Below the pieces are notes generated by a model that was not told where the DNA came from, did no database searches, and saw nothing but the letters and a program-made list of their open reading frames with translations. A DNA stretch of 63,562 nt, filler included, from Octopus bimaculoides (Eukaryota): NCBI RefSeq assembly GCF_001194135.2. It is 5 parts of 5 records of this genome, joined end to end, with 100 filler letters (N's around TTAATTAATTAA, not from the genome) between each part and the next. Parts side by side here need not be neighbours in the genome. Positions count along the whole stretch, not along the records: positions 30,720 to 44,240 come from NC_068982.1; positions 44,341 to 50,783 come from NC_068983.1; 3 more parts are not named here. One strand, 5' to 3'. The position numbers and the translations under genes are program-made. How positions within the stretch are numbered: position 1 is the first letter of the stretch; each line of letters starts with the position of its first letter. Shown here piece after piece: positions 36,122-49,865 of the stretch.

Positions 36122-36991
36122 GTCTATCTATGTGTGGATGTGTGTATATTTGCATACATGCGTGTCTCTAAATATCTATGTATGCATATGTGCACATGTT
36201 TGTACTAACTTTACATATATTCATATACATACAAACAAATGCATACACACATGCATTAAATTCGGATAATAATTCATACTCCGGTTTGTGAATGGGCAAG
36301 ACCTAATGGATAGAGTATTTAGCTTAAGATTAGAACGTCTGAGGTTTCGGTTGGCGCGGTGGTTCAGTTACGTTGGTTCAGTTTACTCAGCTGAAAATTA
36401 GTACCAGCAGTCTGCTAGTGTAGGTTTCTCTCCCTCACCACCAGTCACATCCACAGAGTGGGTGTCTATGTCTTCATGATTACATAGGCATCTAACACAG
36501 TTGAGGAAAGCGTGGTACATGATATCAGGTTATACAAGCTTGCGACGTTTAATTTGCTCTACTTAACCCGTTGAAAGTTCATTAATGATACACCATTAGC
36601 ACAACTATCTGTCTCTCTTTCTCCCAATTTATATCCTTCCTTTTTATTTTAATCGCATAGAGTGTGATTTGAGACCCGATTGACTGCTATTTTTATAGAG
36701 TATCTGATTGCTAAGATCTCAGTAATTTCACTTGCCTGAGGTTCCAATTCTTCATGAGATACCGTTTAAAATTACCGAAAAAAATTTTTAAACTGTAAAT
36801 TTAATAAAAATTAATTTTTATGAGCGTAAGAATTTTATAGTGACATTTTAGTTTTGTAATAATATAAATATGACGAAAAAATATTTAAGGAACCAGAGAA
36901 AGGGATAGCAAAAAGGCGGACGGAGAGACAGAAAGAGTGGGCGAGAGGGGGCGAAAAAGCGGTAGATTTAGAGCGAGGGAAGAGAGAGAGT

Positions 36992-37053
<62 letters not shown>

Positions 37054-38424
37054 GAGAGAGATAAAGAGAGAGAGATGCACTAATAAGGGGTAATCTATAA
37101 TGCGGAAGCATTTTTGATGCCGTTATTTCGATAATTTAATATTGTGGTTAATTTGAAAACCCTTTGATTTCATTTGAAATAAAGTTACCTGTAAAAAATT
37201 CAACCAATTAATTGAATTGCACGCGGGTGCNNNNNNNNNNNNNNNNNNNNNNNNNNNNNNNNNNNNNNNNNNNNNNNNNNNNNNNNNNNNNNNNNNNNNN
37301 NNNNNNNNNNNNNNNNNNNNNNNNNNNNNNNNNNNNNNNNNNNNNNNNNNNNNNNNNNNNNNNNNNNNNNNNNNNNNNNNNNNNNNNNNNNNNNNNNNNN
37401 NNNNNNNNNNNNNNNNNNNNNNNNNNNNNNNNNNNNNNNNNNNNNNNNNNNNNNNNNNNNNNNNNNNNNNNNNNNNNNNNNNNNNNNNNNNNNNNNNNNN
37501 NNNNNNNNNNNNNNNNNNNNNNNNNNNNNNNNNNNNNNNNNNNNNNNNNNNNNNNNNNNNNNNNNNNNNNNNNNNNNNNNNNNNNNNNNNNNNNNNNNNN
37601 NNNNNNNNNNNNNNNNNNNNNNNNNNNNNNNNNNNNNNNNNNNNNNNNNNNNNNNNNNNNNNNNNNNNNNNNNNNNNNNNNNNNNNNNNNNNNNNNNNNN
37701 NNNNNNNNNNNNNNNNNNNNNNNNNNNNNNNNNNNNNNNNNNNNNNNNNNNNNNNNNNNNNNNNNNNNNNNNNNNNNNNNNNNNNNNNNNNNNNNNNNNN
37801 NNNNNNNNNNNNNNNNNNNNNNNNNNNNNNNNNNNNNNNNNNNNNNNNNNNNNNNNNNNNNNNNNNNNNNNNNNNNNNNNNNNNNNNNNNNNNNNNNNNN
37901 NNNNNNNNNNNNNNNNNNNNNTATATATATACATATATATACACACACACCCATATACATATATGCATACCCACGTTTATATATACATCAATACACACAC
38001 ACGTATACGTATTTTAAAATCCATCTTTTCATTTAAAGTATGTTAGCGAAAGTCTTAATGAACATGAGAAGACAATGTTTTGAAATAACTATTATAGCTA
38101 ATCTAATATAACAATATATCTCTCATAACATAACTATAAATCTAACATGATATAACTATATATTTAACCTAAAATACATATGCTACATGTAATTTTTGTC
38201 ACTAACCATCGTTTCGTTTGACCAGCATCATATATTACGCTATTGCAATAAACAAATTAAATTCATGTTTAACCAGATCTTTTACTCCTACAAGTTATTT
38301 AAAAGAAATGTTAAATTTGTGCAATATCTTTATTATTACTGTTACGCTAAGTTAAAGGATCATAAATATGGTATAAGAGTTAATAATTGCCTTCATATAT
38401 NNNNNNNNNNTATTAATTCAAGTA

Positions 38425-38702
38425 CAGTAATCCCTGGCCATATCATGGTTCACCTATCCTGGTTCACCTATCGTGGTTCACCTATCGTGGTTCACCTATC
38501 GTGGTTCACCTATTGCGGTTTATTATTTAAGCTTACGGCGAATCCTCCGTTGTGTTGTTTTGCATTCACAATAAAACAAATGTATACAAACTATAAAAAT
38601 TAAAATAAAATTATACAGTACAACACTGCTTCTACTTCGCGGATTTTCACCTATCACGGGACGTCTTGGAAGGTAACCCCCACGATAGTCGAGGGATTAC
38701 TG
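38425..38702. mobile_element. Tigger/pogo-like MITE
   Basis: TIRs CAGTAATCCCT... / ...AGGGATTACTG, left TA; internal 14-bp x4 tandem TGGTTCACCTATCG at 38446-38501. Confidence 0.75.
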
Positions 38703-38920
38703 TGCTTCCCTGACTTGGGTATAAGGAAGAATTTTCTGGCAAAACTTCTAATTGTTAAGCGCTGATTAATGGTATCATTCAAGATACGAACTTATTCATT
38801 TGATTTATGCGTATATTTATCTTAATATGTATGTTATACCTATCATTCAAACTAGATAACTATTCAATACACTCGCACACACTCACTCACACACACGCGC
38901 ACATACACATACGTTCATTT

Positions 38921-38956
<36 letters not shown>

Positions 38957-40380
38957 TGTTAGGTTATATATATATGTGTGTGTGTGTGTATACGTATATT
39001 TTGTGTAAGTGTATACATATATATATTCATATATTTTGTGTGAGTGTGTATATATATGTATATATATTTATATATATNNNNNNNNNNNNNNNNNNNNNNT
39101 ATATATATACGCACATACACATGCCGCTATACATTCATAAGCATATGCACATATGTATGTACATACCATCGACTTACATGTATATCTCTGTGTGTTTGGG
39201 GGGTGTATCTACAACTCGCTTTCTATTTACACACACGCATTTATATGTTTACACCACATATATACGTGTATATATGCATGTGCACGCGCATGTGTATAGT
39301 CAACAAATTATAAATTTTCTCAGAATTTTATTTACTAATTCACATTTATATTGTTTCAAGTAAAAATAATGAACGCTGTCTTTGTAATAAATTAACGTCG
39401 CGGCATAAGAAGTTTCTCTGTTAAGTGACCAAACCGTAGAGCTATGTTCATTTCAACCATTGTTTCTGCATTCTTCGTCCTTGTGGGAATTTCTCTCTTC
39501 ATATTTATTTTAATCATGCCAGGAAATACCAGTAATACACTCCAGTTGATGTCAACGTTATTATTCTTATTTAGTTTACTCGACAACTGGCCTTGAGCCT
39601 AAGTAAAAAAATCAATATTTAAATCTGCCCTAGTCAAGTTGCAGGTCAGACTATAGACTGCAATATATAATATCCCTTAAACGAAAGCTTTGAGATGTAT
39701 TAAAATGTGTGTGCCTACGTGTGTGTCTGTGTATACAAATGCACATGGATGCGCACACACAGATGAGTGGCTATGCATTTTTTTTATGTGTGTGTGTGTG
39801 TGTGTATGCGCGCGCGTAAATATATGTATGTGTGCATGTTATGTATGTATGTATCTCTCTGGCCCAGTGGGTTGGTGGATGTGCATATTTGTGTGTGTGG
39901 ATGCTGTTGGAATTTACTGTGATTATTTCTCCCCCTGCACCTTGTCACGTCTAACGCTTAGCGTCACTCGCACTTATCTCAGACCCTTTTCTGTGCAGGT
40001 CCTCGTCAAAGATAGATACTGCATGCATGTTGATCCCAGCCGTAACTACACATGGTCGGCTGTCTTACAGTAGCTTGTATCAGATTGTTCAGTAAAGCTC
40101 GAGATCACACGGGGCACAGAAGGCGTGATGGACGATTCATTGTAATGATAAATCTTGTTCCGCTGGAATGAGTGAACAAAAACGTGTCTTGCTCATCCGA
40201 TCTGATTTGTCTCGCCGAGGAAAACTGCTAGGGAATAAGAAGAATGTGTTGTCTGTCGGTGTGGAAAGTGAAATTTTCTATAGGGAATGGTCGAGATAAA
40301 CCGCCACACTGCCTGCACCTGTACAGCAGTTGTTGATATAATGGACAGCTAGTTGTAAAACACAGCTAAAAACTACATGG

Positions 40381-40412
<32 letters not shown>

Positions 40413-40601
40413 TAATAATCAGCGGAGTTTGGAAATAGCTATCCTTCGAACTCCCGTTCCTCACGGAGAATAAAAAGTGGAAGGCAAAACATGCAAAAAA
40501 AAAAAGGAAATTTTCAATCTTTTTTTCTTTATGTATGTATGTACAATACACACACATATATATGTATGTATATTATACATATATATGTATGCCTATATGT
40601 A

Positions 40602-40702
<101 letters not shown>

Positions 40703-41933
40703 ATATATGTATGTATGTATAGAGAGATAGATAGATTGATAGATAGAAAAGTATGTCTCCTAAATGTTTTAATTATTTTTTGAAGTCAAAACAATGCAGT
40801 TTATAAGACACAATAACAAAGCAGGCTTCTGTTTCTTTTATATTTTTGTAACTTACATTGTTTTGGCTAAAAAAACTAATTTAAAACGTATTAGGCATTG
40901 CTTCATGAATCCCTCTCTCTCTCTTCACACTCATACACATGTATGTGCGCGTACATACATACATGTATAAACACAGATGTGTATGTATGTATATATATAT
41001 NNNNNNNNNNNNNNNNNNNNNNNNNNNNNNNNNNNNNNNNNNNNNNNNNNNNNNNNNNNNNNNNNNNNNNNNNNNNNNNNNNNNNNNNNNNNNNNNNNNN
41101 NNNNNNNNNNNNNNNNNNNNNNNNNNNNNNNNNNNNNNNNNNNNNNNNNNNNNNNNNNNNNNNNNNNNNNNNNNNNNNNNNNNNNNNNNNNNNNNNNNNN
41201 NNNNNNNNNNNNNNNNNNNNNNNNNNNNNNNNNNNNNNNNNNNNNNNNNNNNNNNNNNNNNNNNNNNNNNNNNNNNNNNNNNNNNNNNNNNNNNNNNNNN
41301 NNNNNNNNNNNNNNNNNNNNNNNNNNNNNNNNNNNNNNNNNNNNNNNNNNNNNNNNNNNNNNNNNNNNNNNNNNNNNNNNNNNNNNNNNNNNNNNNNNNN
41401 NNNNNNNNNNNNNNNNNNNNNNNNNNNNNNNNNNNNNNNNNNNNNNNNNNNNNNNNNNNNNNNNNNNNNNNNNNNNNNNNNNNNNNNNNNNNNNNNNNNN
41501 NNNNNNNNNNNNNNNNNNNNNNNNNNNNNNNNNNNNNNNNNNNNNNNNNNNNNNNNNNNNNNNNNNNNNNNNNNNNNNNNNNNNNNNNNNNNNNNNNNNN
41601 NNNNNNNNNNNNNNNNNNNNNNNNNNNNNNNNNNNNNNNNNNNNNNNNNNNNNNNNNNNNNNNNNNNNNNNNNNNNNNNNNNNNNNNNNNNNNNNNNNNN
41701 NNNNNNNNNNNNNNNNNNNNNNNNNNNNNNNNNNNNNNNNNNNNNNNNNNNNNNNNNNNNNNNNNNNNNNNNNNNNNNNNNNNNNNNNNNNNNNNNNNNN
41801 NNNNNNNNNNNNNNNNNNNNNNNNNNNNNNNNNNNNNNNNNNNNNNNNNNNNNNNNNNNNNNNNNNNNNNNNNNNNNNNNNNNNNNNNNNNNNNNNNNNN
41901 NNNNNNNNNNNNNNNNNNNNNNNNNNNNNNNNN

Positions 41934-41993
<60 letters not shown>

Positions 41994-42549
41994 TTGATAT
42001 ATATTTATGCTCTCCGACACAAACATGCATCCTATTTTAATGGTCCCGAGGAAGCTATAGCATCTTGCATAAGCCCTCAGCTCTGATTTCACTTCCTCCT
42101 ATAGCAGAAACAGATGGAAGCTAATGAAGGTGATTGTACTACTTGTGTAGGCATGTACGCGCGCACGTGTGTGTTTATGTGGATGAGTCTGTGTGTGTGT
42201 ATGTGTGTGTGTGTGTATTGTGTGTGCGTGTGCGCGCGAGTGCGTGTGTGTGAAATTTGCGGATAGATTTCTTTAGTACCTTAAAAACATAAGACACTAA
42301 ATATACTAAAATTTAGCTGTTAAGATTAAAAAGAGATGATGAATTTCAAATTGAGATGATTTTAATGGATGATTTATAAATTATTCAATATATATATAAA
42401 GGTAAATGGAATTGAAATTAAAAAGTCATTAATTATTTTGGAGTAAGTAGAATGATATATTTGTATTATTTATGTATGATACAGAAAAAATATCGAGAAA
42501 TACTTTATATTTTTACTAGGGAAAGGTTGAATGTTACTTTCAAGCTTCG

Positions 42550-42633
<84 letters not shown>

Positions 42634-43284
42634 CAACCACACACACGCAGGAATAAAAGAATATATATGTATATATAAACACACACATATATGTAAATAT
42701 ATATAACGAAACACATATATATGGATATATGTATATGCACATATATACATGTATATANNNNNNNNNNNNNNNNNNNNNNNNNNNNNNNNNNNNNNNNNNN
42801 NNNNNNNNNNNNNNNNNNNNNNNNNNNNNNNNNNNNNNNNNNNNNNNNNNNNNNNNNNNNNNNNNNNNNNNNNNNNNNNNNNNNNNNNNNNNNNNNNNNN
42901 NNNNNNNNNNNNNNNNNNNNNNNNNNNNNNNNNNNNNNNNNNNNNNNNNNNNNNNNNNNNNNNNNNNNNNNNNNNNNNNNNNNNNNNNNNNNNNNNNNNN
43001 NNNNNNNNNNNNNNNNNNNNNNNNNNNNNNNNNNNNNNNNNNNNNNNNNNNNNNNNNNNNNNNNNNNNNNNNNNNNNNNNNNNNNNNNNNNNNNNNNNNN
43101 NNNNNNNNNNNNNNNNNNNNNNNNNNNNNNNNNNNNNNNNNNNNNNNNNNNNNNNNNNNNNNNNTTTCCCTTCATCACTCTCGGCACCATTTCTAACATA
43201 AACATAGAATTCTTGCTTGTCATCGATAGAACTTATACTTTGTAGTTGATCTGCTAAAAAGAGTAGCAAAACTCCTCTCCTTTC

Positions 43285-43390
43285 CTACTGTCTTTTATCT
43301 TGTTTCAGTCATCGGCCACTTATTTTTTTTATGTCTGGTACTAATTCTATCTCTTTTCCAAACGTAAACAAGGCAAAGCGGTGGTTTGGG

Positions 43391-43446
<56 letters not shown>

Positions 43447-43605
43447 ACACACACAACGGGCTTCCAAAGTTTTCATATAGCAAATTCACTCATAAGGAAT
43501 TTGTCGACCCAGGGCTGAAGTAGAAGACACAAATCCAAGGTACCACGTGGTGAGACTGAACCCAAAATCACACCGTTGCAAAGCGAGTTTCTTCATCACA
43601 CAACG
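43285..43605 (-). mobile_element. SINE family 1, decayed
   Basis: TTGTTTCAGTCAT tail, (CA)n centre, AAATTCACTCATAAGG...GTAGAAGACAC head. Confidence 0.6.
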
Positions 43606-44358
43606 CCCACCCCAAAAGTAATGAAAAGAAAAGTCATCATGTTGGTCAATGTAATCAGATTAAATTTTGATGAAAGACAGGTTGGTCACGACTGGAATGT
43701 ATTACATCACAGATCAGGGAGAAGTCACGTGCTCTAAAAACAAGAACTCATGTGTATTAGATAAAAGAGAAGATTTCGAGAAAGGACTAAAGATATCCAT
43801 TCTTTGCCCAAATACTATAAGGAACCATGTCACGATGTTCTTTTATATCAATAAAATCGAACGAAGATATTATTTTGTAAAGAGAACATTTTCTTTCTTT
43901 TTTTAATTTCATTCTGTTTTTCTGCTTTTATAAAAACATTGTTTTTTCCTATTTCTGTGTCTAGTTTGAAAACATTTTTGTTTTTAAAAATAGTAAATCT
44001 AAAATAGTGGAAATAAATTTCATCCAGAGCGCGTGCGCGCACCCATACCCACACCCACACTCGCACACGCACACACATTTGGATGAATATCTATATGTAG
44101 GCATATGTCTGTAAATATGTGTGTATATGTGTGTATGTGTGTGTGTATATATATATATGCATATATGTGTATGTGTGTGTATATACATAAATGTGGGTGT
44201 ATATGTATCTCTCTCTCTCTCTCTCTCTCTCCATATATATNNNNNNNNNNNNNNNNNNNNNNNNNNNNNNNNNNNNNNNNNNNNTTAATTAATTAANNNN
44301 NNNNNNNNNNNNNNNNNNNNNNNNNNNNNNNNNNNNNNNNATATATACATATATACAT

Positions 44359-45339
44359 GTCATCATCATCATAGTTTAACATCCGCTTTCCATGCTGGCA
44401 TGGGTTGGATGGTTTGACTGAGGACTGGCAAGCCAGAAGGCTGCACCAGGCTCCAATCTGATCTGGCAATGTTTCTACAGCTGGATGCCCTTTCTAACGC
44501 CAATCACTCTGAGAGTGTAGTGAATGCTTTTACATTTCACCAGCACAAGGGACAGTCAGGTGGTACTGGCAACGATCACGCTCAAAGGTGTTTTTCATTT
44601 GTCACCTACATGGAAGCCAGTCCGACGGCACTGGCAACAACCACGCTCGAATGTTGCTTTTCACGTGCCACTGGCACATGTGACAGTATGGTGACGCTTG
44701 AAATGATCACACTTGAATGGTGCTTTTTACGTGCTACTGGCATGGTAACCAGACAGCAGCCCTGGCAACAAGTATGCTCAGATAGTGCTTTTAATATTCC
44801 ACTGGCACGAGTGCCAATCAGGCAGTACTGTCATCGGCTACATCAGTGATTTTGATTTCACTTGCCTCAACAGGTCTTCACAAGCAAAGTTTATTGTTCA
44901 ATGAATGAAGGGTACTCATAAGTGGGCTGGTTATACACCACTGGCATAGGCCATGGGCTATGGTCTCCCTTGGCTTGCCAGGTCTTCTCAACACAGCATA
45001 TCTCCAAAGGTCTCAGTCACTAGTCATTACCTCGGTGAGACCGTGTTCAAAGGTCGTGCTTCACCACCTCTTCCCAGGTCTTCCTGGGTCTACATCTTCC
45101 ACAGGTTCCCTCAACCGCTAGGGTGTGGCACTTTTTCCCACAGCTGCTCACATCCATTCACAACCCATGTGCACACCACAACTGATACTTCTTTGGTCCA
45201 ACTTTTCTTTCAGGGCGCTTACACTCTGTCGTGTATGCACGCTGACAATTCACATCCAGCAGAGAATACTGGCTTCATTCCTTGGAAGCTTATGCATGTC
45301 CTCAGCAGTCACGGCCCATGTTTCATTGCCATGTAGCAT
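44359..45339 (-). mobile_element. RTE-clade LINE 3' end with 3' UTR and (GAT)n tail
   Basis: MLHGNETWAVTAEDM...ILCWM; RPRKTWEEVVKHD; DLWRYAV. The UTR has ~60-bp tandem units and the tail appears as TCATCATCATCAT on the plus strand. Confidence 0.88.
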
Positions 45340-45634
45340 NNNNNNNNNNTATGAGTTAGAGGTTAGACAACCATCTAAGGGATAATAAATATCTAATATA
45401 CTATTGGATGTATACCTATATATATCCAAATGCTTTCTGGTGTAGGGCAATAGTGCAACTAAATAATAGTTTAACCAGAATTTATAAGACAAGGAAGAAA
45501 ATGGAGAAGATAATTAGTTGACAAACATCAGCTAGATATATTTATTAATTACAATCATATGAATAAATAAATAAGTAAATAAATAAATAAACAAGAATAA
45601 ATAACCTTATATATATATATATATATATACACAT

Positions 45635-45705
<71 letters not shown>

Positions 45706-46589
45706 TTTAAAATTATAATACAGGGTATCAAGAGATACCACCACGCTAAAAAAATAGCAGTCAAATCCTGACTCTAAAACCACAATAAATGTCCGCATGG
45801 CACGATTAGCGAAGACGAAGANNNNNNNNNNNNNNNNNNNNNNNNNNNNNNNNNNNNNNNNNNNNNNNNNNNNNNNNNNNNNNNNNNNNNNNNNNNNNNN
45901 NNNNNNNNNNNNNNNNNNNNNNNNNNNNNNNNNNNNNNNNNNNNNNNNNNNNNNNNNNNNNNNNNNNNNNNNNNNNNNNNNNNNNNNNNNNNNNNNNNNN
46001 NNNNNNNNNNNNNNNNNNNNNNNNNNNNNNNNNNNNNNNNNNNNNNNNNNNNNNNNNNNNNNNNNNNNNNNNNNNNNNNNNNNNNNNNNNNNNNNNNNNN
46101 NNNNNNNNNNNNNNNNNNNNNNNNNNNNNNNNNNNNNNNNNNNNNNNNNNNNNNNNNNNNNNNNNNNNNNNNNNNNNNNNNNNNNNNNNNNNNNNNNNNN
46201 NNNNNNNNNNNNNNNNNNNNNNNNNNNNNNNNNNNNNNNNNNNNNNNNNNNNNNNNNNNNNNNNNNNNNNNNNNNNNNNNNNNNNNNNNNNNNNNNNNNN
46301 NNNNNNNNNNNNNNNNNNNNNNNNNNNNNNNNNNNNNNNNNNNNNNNNNNNNNNNNNNNNNNNNNNNNNNNNNNNNNNNNNNNNNNNNNNNNNNNNNNNN
46401 NNNNNNNNNNNNNNNNNNNNNNNNNNNNNNNNNNNNNNNNNNNNNNNNNNNNNNNNNNNNNNNNNNNNNNNNNNNNNNNNNNNNNNNNNNNNNNNNNNNN
46501 NNNNNNNNNNNNNNNNNNNNNNNNNNNNNNNNNNNNATATGTAAGTATACTGTTTATATACATGTATTTGTATTTATGTACTAGAGTAT

Positions 46590-46651
46590 ATTCCACTGAT
46601 GAAGGCAGAACATTATTATTTATGTAAAGCCAGAAATCCAGGATTTGGAAT
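46590..46651 (+). ncRNA. Type I hammerhead-like motif with intact core
   Basis: AUUCCA-CUGAUGA-AGGC...GCCA-GAA-AUCC A GGAU-U-UGGAAU. Confidence 0.55.
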
Positions 46652-47437
46652 TATCTTATTTTTACTGGTTCATTTGGTCTTCGTCTTCGCTAATCGTGCC
46701 ATGCGGACATTTATTGTGGTTTTAGAGTCAGGATTTGACTGCTATTTTTTCAGCGTGGTGGTATCTCTTGATACCCTGTATTATAATTTTAAATAATTAT
46801 TACCTTTGATGGTTTTTATTCCCATGCTGACCACTTGATAAGATCAATACTTTAAATATCGATCTTATCCTTATTTATATAGATAGATAGATAGATATAC
46901 ACACACATGTACATATATAATCATATGAAATGTGTGTTTCTGTGTGTGAATACATATTTTGTTTTTTATGTAAATATATATGTATTTTATCATATAATAC
47001 ATGTGTGTATGTATGTATGTATGTATGCATGTATGCATGTATTTATCGCTCAGTCACTTATAATTTGACAGAGAAGTAGATATGCAAATATGTGAATATA
47101 AACATACATGGTTATTTTCATCCAATTGCTTTTAAAAGTAAAATATTCTATTTAAAAACTCTAAACAAAAATAGTTCATCCTTACTTCTATTCACAAACA
47201 CAATCATAAACACATGTTGATATAATGAGTTTGGTACATGTGCATATATGTGCATATTTCTATATATATGTCCTTTTGAATGTGTATGATTGACTGATAT
47301 ACATCCATACATGTATGAGTATAGATATTTGGTTGTAGATCAAAAGTGAATCAAGAGATTAATGTGTGTGTGTTTGTATACATATCTATATGCATGTATA
47401 TGTATCTACATACATATGTACATACATGCATATAATA

Positions 47438-48505
47438 TACATATTTTGCTCTATGAGTCCAATGAAGGTAACAACGCAATCGAAAGTGTGAGGAATATTA
47501 ATGTAGTATATGAAGATTGGACAATATGAATAAGCTAATGGCAATGGTTTTTTGAGAAATCCTGAACCAAAAGCTACAGCGTAGAAGACGAGCCTTGTCC
47601 TGGAAGATCTGTAGAGCTCAACAAGTATGTCCTGCAAATCCTGGTGGAACAAAATCCCACCCTAACTAGCAGAGAAGCTTGGATTTAGTCATTCAACCAT
47701 TCACCGACACCTGCATGCCATTGGAAAAGTCAGCAAATTAGCTCAATGGGTTTGTCACAAACTTTCCAAGTCTAATTGCATACAGAGAGTGAATGTATGC
47801 TTTTCTTTGCTCACATCTCACGAATGAATCTTTGCTTCGACTGAATAGTGACTGGTGACAAGAGATGGGTTCTCTATAAAAATGTCAAGCACCAAATACA
47901 GTGGGTAAGGAAAGGAGAAACACTGGCACCCCAGTCTAAAGAAGGCCTTCACCTACATAAAGTGTTGTCATCTGTTTGGTGGGATATGAAAGGTTTAGTC
48001 CACTTTGAACTTTTAAACTCAAACCAAACAATAACAAATGAGATATCCTGTGAGCAGCTTGTGTAGCTTACATCAGCGCTAGAAGAAAAACAACCATCTT
48101 TGGTTTGAAGATGAAAGGTTTTCTTCCATCAGAATAATGCCCAGCCAAATACTGCAAGGATGATATTCTATAGGCTGCAGCAGCTTAAATGGGAAACGAT
48201 GCCCCACCCATCATATTCGCCTGACTTTGCCCCATCTTATTATCATTTATTCCGCAGTTTTCAAAGTCACTTGGACAGAAAAAATATGAATTTTGTAGAC
48301 AAGGTAAGAACAGTACTGGAGGAGTATTTTTCATCATGAACAAATAAACTTTGGAAGAGGAGCCTTGCAAGTTTATCAGATAGATGGAAAAGCATTGTAG
48401 AAAATGAAGGAGAGTATATTTTAAATGAAAAAAGAACTTAGTTTATCTTAATTTTGAAAAATAAAAGAAGTATAAAAACAACTACATTATTTATGGGATG
48501 ACCAA
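47438..48505 (+). mobile_element. Mariner transposon, 5' TIR lost, transposase pseudogene
   Basis: ILLYESNEGNNA...; TGDKRWVLY; VWWDMKGLVHFELL; HQNNAQP; HPSYSPDFAPSYYHLFRS. Right TIR ...GGGATGACCAA followed by TA. Confidence 0.9.
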
Positions 48506-48541
48506 TAAATACATATATAAAGAAATATATACATATATAAA

Positions 48542-48579
<38 letters not shown>

Positions 48580-48605
48580 CACATACATATATAGATATAC
48601 ATATT

Positions 48606-48647
<42 letters not shown>

Positions 48648-48715
48648 GCTATGTAGCAAGCTAAATGGATGGATGGATGATGGGTGGGTGAGTGGATTGA
48701 TGGACGGATCAATAT

Positions 48716-48893
48716 TAAATGTGAAGAATGCTAGGAAGGATAATGGTCTTCTTTACATTAACTCATCAGAAGTACCAGTCTTTGAAATAGACTGCAGTAT
48801 TATAGATAAAACCATTAAGAATATGAAGTCATAGAGTGCTTCTGGTCCATCAGAAATTACCACAGAGATGCTTATAATATCTTGTGGCATAGA
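48716..48893 (+). mobile_element. RTE LINE RT N-terminal fragment
   Basis: IDCSIIDKTIKNMKS*SASGPSEITTEML matches the K-A-x-G-P-x-G-I-x-x-E-M-L RT entry motif. Confidence 0.6.
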
Positions 48894-48896
48894 ATA

Positions 48897-49805
48897 TGCA
48901 AATGTGCAAGGAACAAAGTTTGCCTGTTTAACTCTGATCATAGGCTTAAAAATATTATATACAGATGTAAGATTACCACAGAGAATAGTGAGTATTTCTA
49001 TATAGGAGCTAGGTCATGTTATATAAAGCAGAGAATTGCCAATCATTTACGTTCGTTTAGAAATAGGTACAAAATGAATACTACCAGCCTTAGTAAGCTG
49101 ATTTGGGCACAAACTATTTTCGATTGATTGGGAAATAATTAGTAAAGTAAAACCTTATAGAATAGGCAACTATAGATGTGACTTCATGTGGAGAAATGTA
49201 CCAAATTTTCACTTCTAAATTTACTCTTATAAACACTAGACAAGATGTCCACACTGAATAAAATATACGTTTAAATGATTTAAAGAAACACAACATACCA
49301 TCTATAGTAATTATACAAGTTAAAATAATGACTGTGATAATTAATGATATTTATGCAAATAATACTAATAAATATAATTATAATAATAATAACAATAATA
49401 TCAATTGAGGGTATAAACCCAAAATAAGTGAAATACCTCTGAATAAATAATGTACTCCAAAACTGCTACAATTAATTGTAATATAAATAAACATTTTAAA
49501 ACCACGAATCAACTGTAATACCAGTAGAGGTGATTATAATACCAGAATTCAATTTGATCTAAGAAGTAATGCTATCACCTTCATCTGAATACTAACACAG
49601 GAAGCTTGTTTGAATTAATTCACTTTGAAGACGTTGTAAGTGATGGACCCTAGATGAAATTGCAGCAACTAGGATGCATAGTTGCACGCTGAGCAACGTG
49701 TAGTTGCTGCATTTGAAACATATGCTGGTCATTGTTATATATGTTGTAGAAAATCTTTCAATAAAAAAATTTTGGATGTGAATAAGTCTCCATTCTCTTC
49801 TTTAT
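48897..49805 (+). mobile_element. Penelope-like element 3' end: GIY-YIG endonuclease remnant and pLTR-like tail
   Basis: CKCARNKVC...KNIIYRCKITTENSEYFYIG...KQRIANHLRSFRN...TSLSKLIW, then WEIISKVKPY. Downstream HHR-like fold at 49641-49734. Confidence 0.8.
49641..49734 (+). ncRNA. Type I hammerhead relic with long stem II
   Basis: UGAUGGACC-CUAGAUGA-AAUUGCAGCAACUA...UAGUUGCUGCAUUU-GAA-ACAUAUGCU-GGUCAUUG. Confidence 0.55.
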
Positions 49806-49810
49806 TTTCA

Positions 49811-49865
<55 letters not shown>

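Noticed and set aside
39998-40073. Good acceptor (CTTTTCTGTGCAG) followed by VLVKDRYCMHVDPSRNYTWSAVLQ*
   Set aside because: Short, unrecognised, and within repeat-like sequence.
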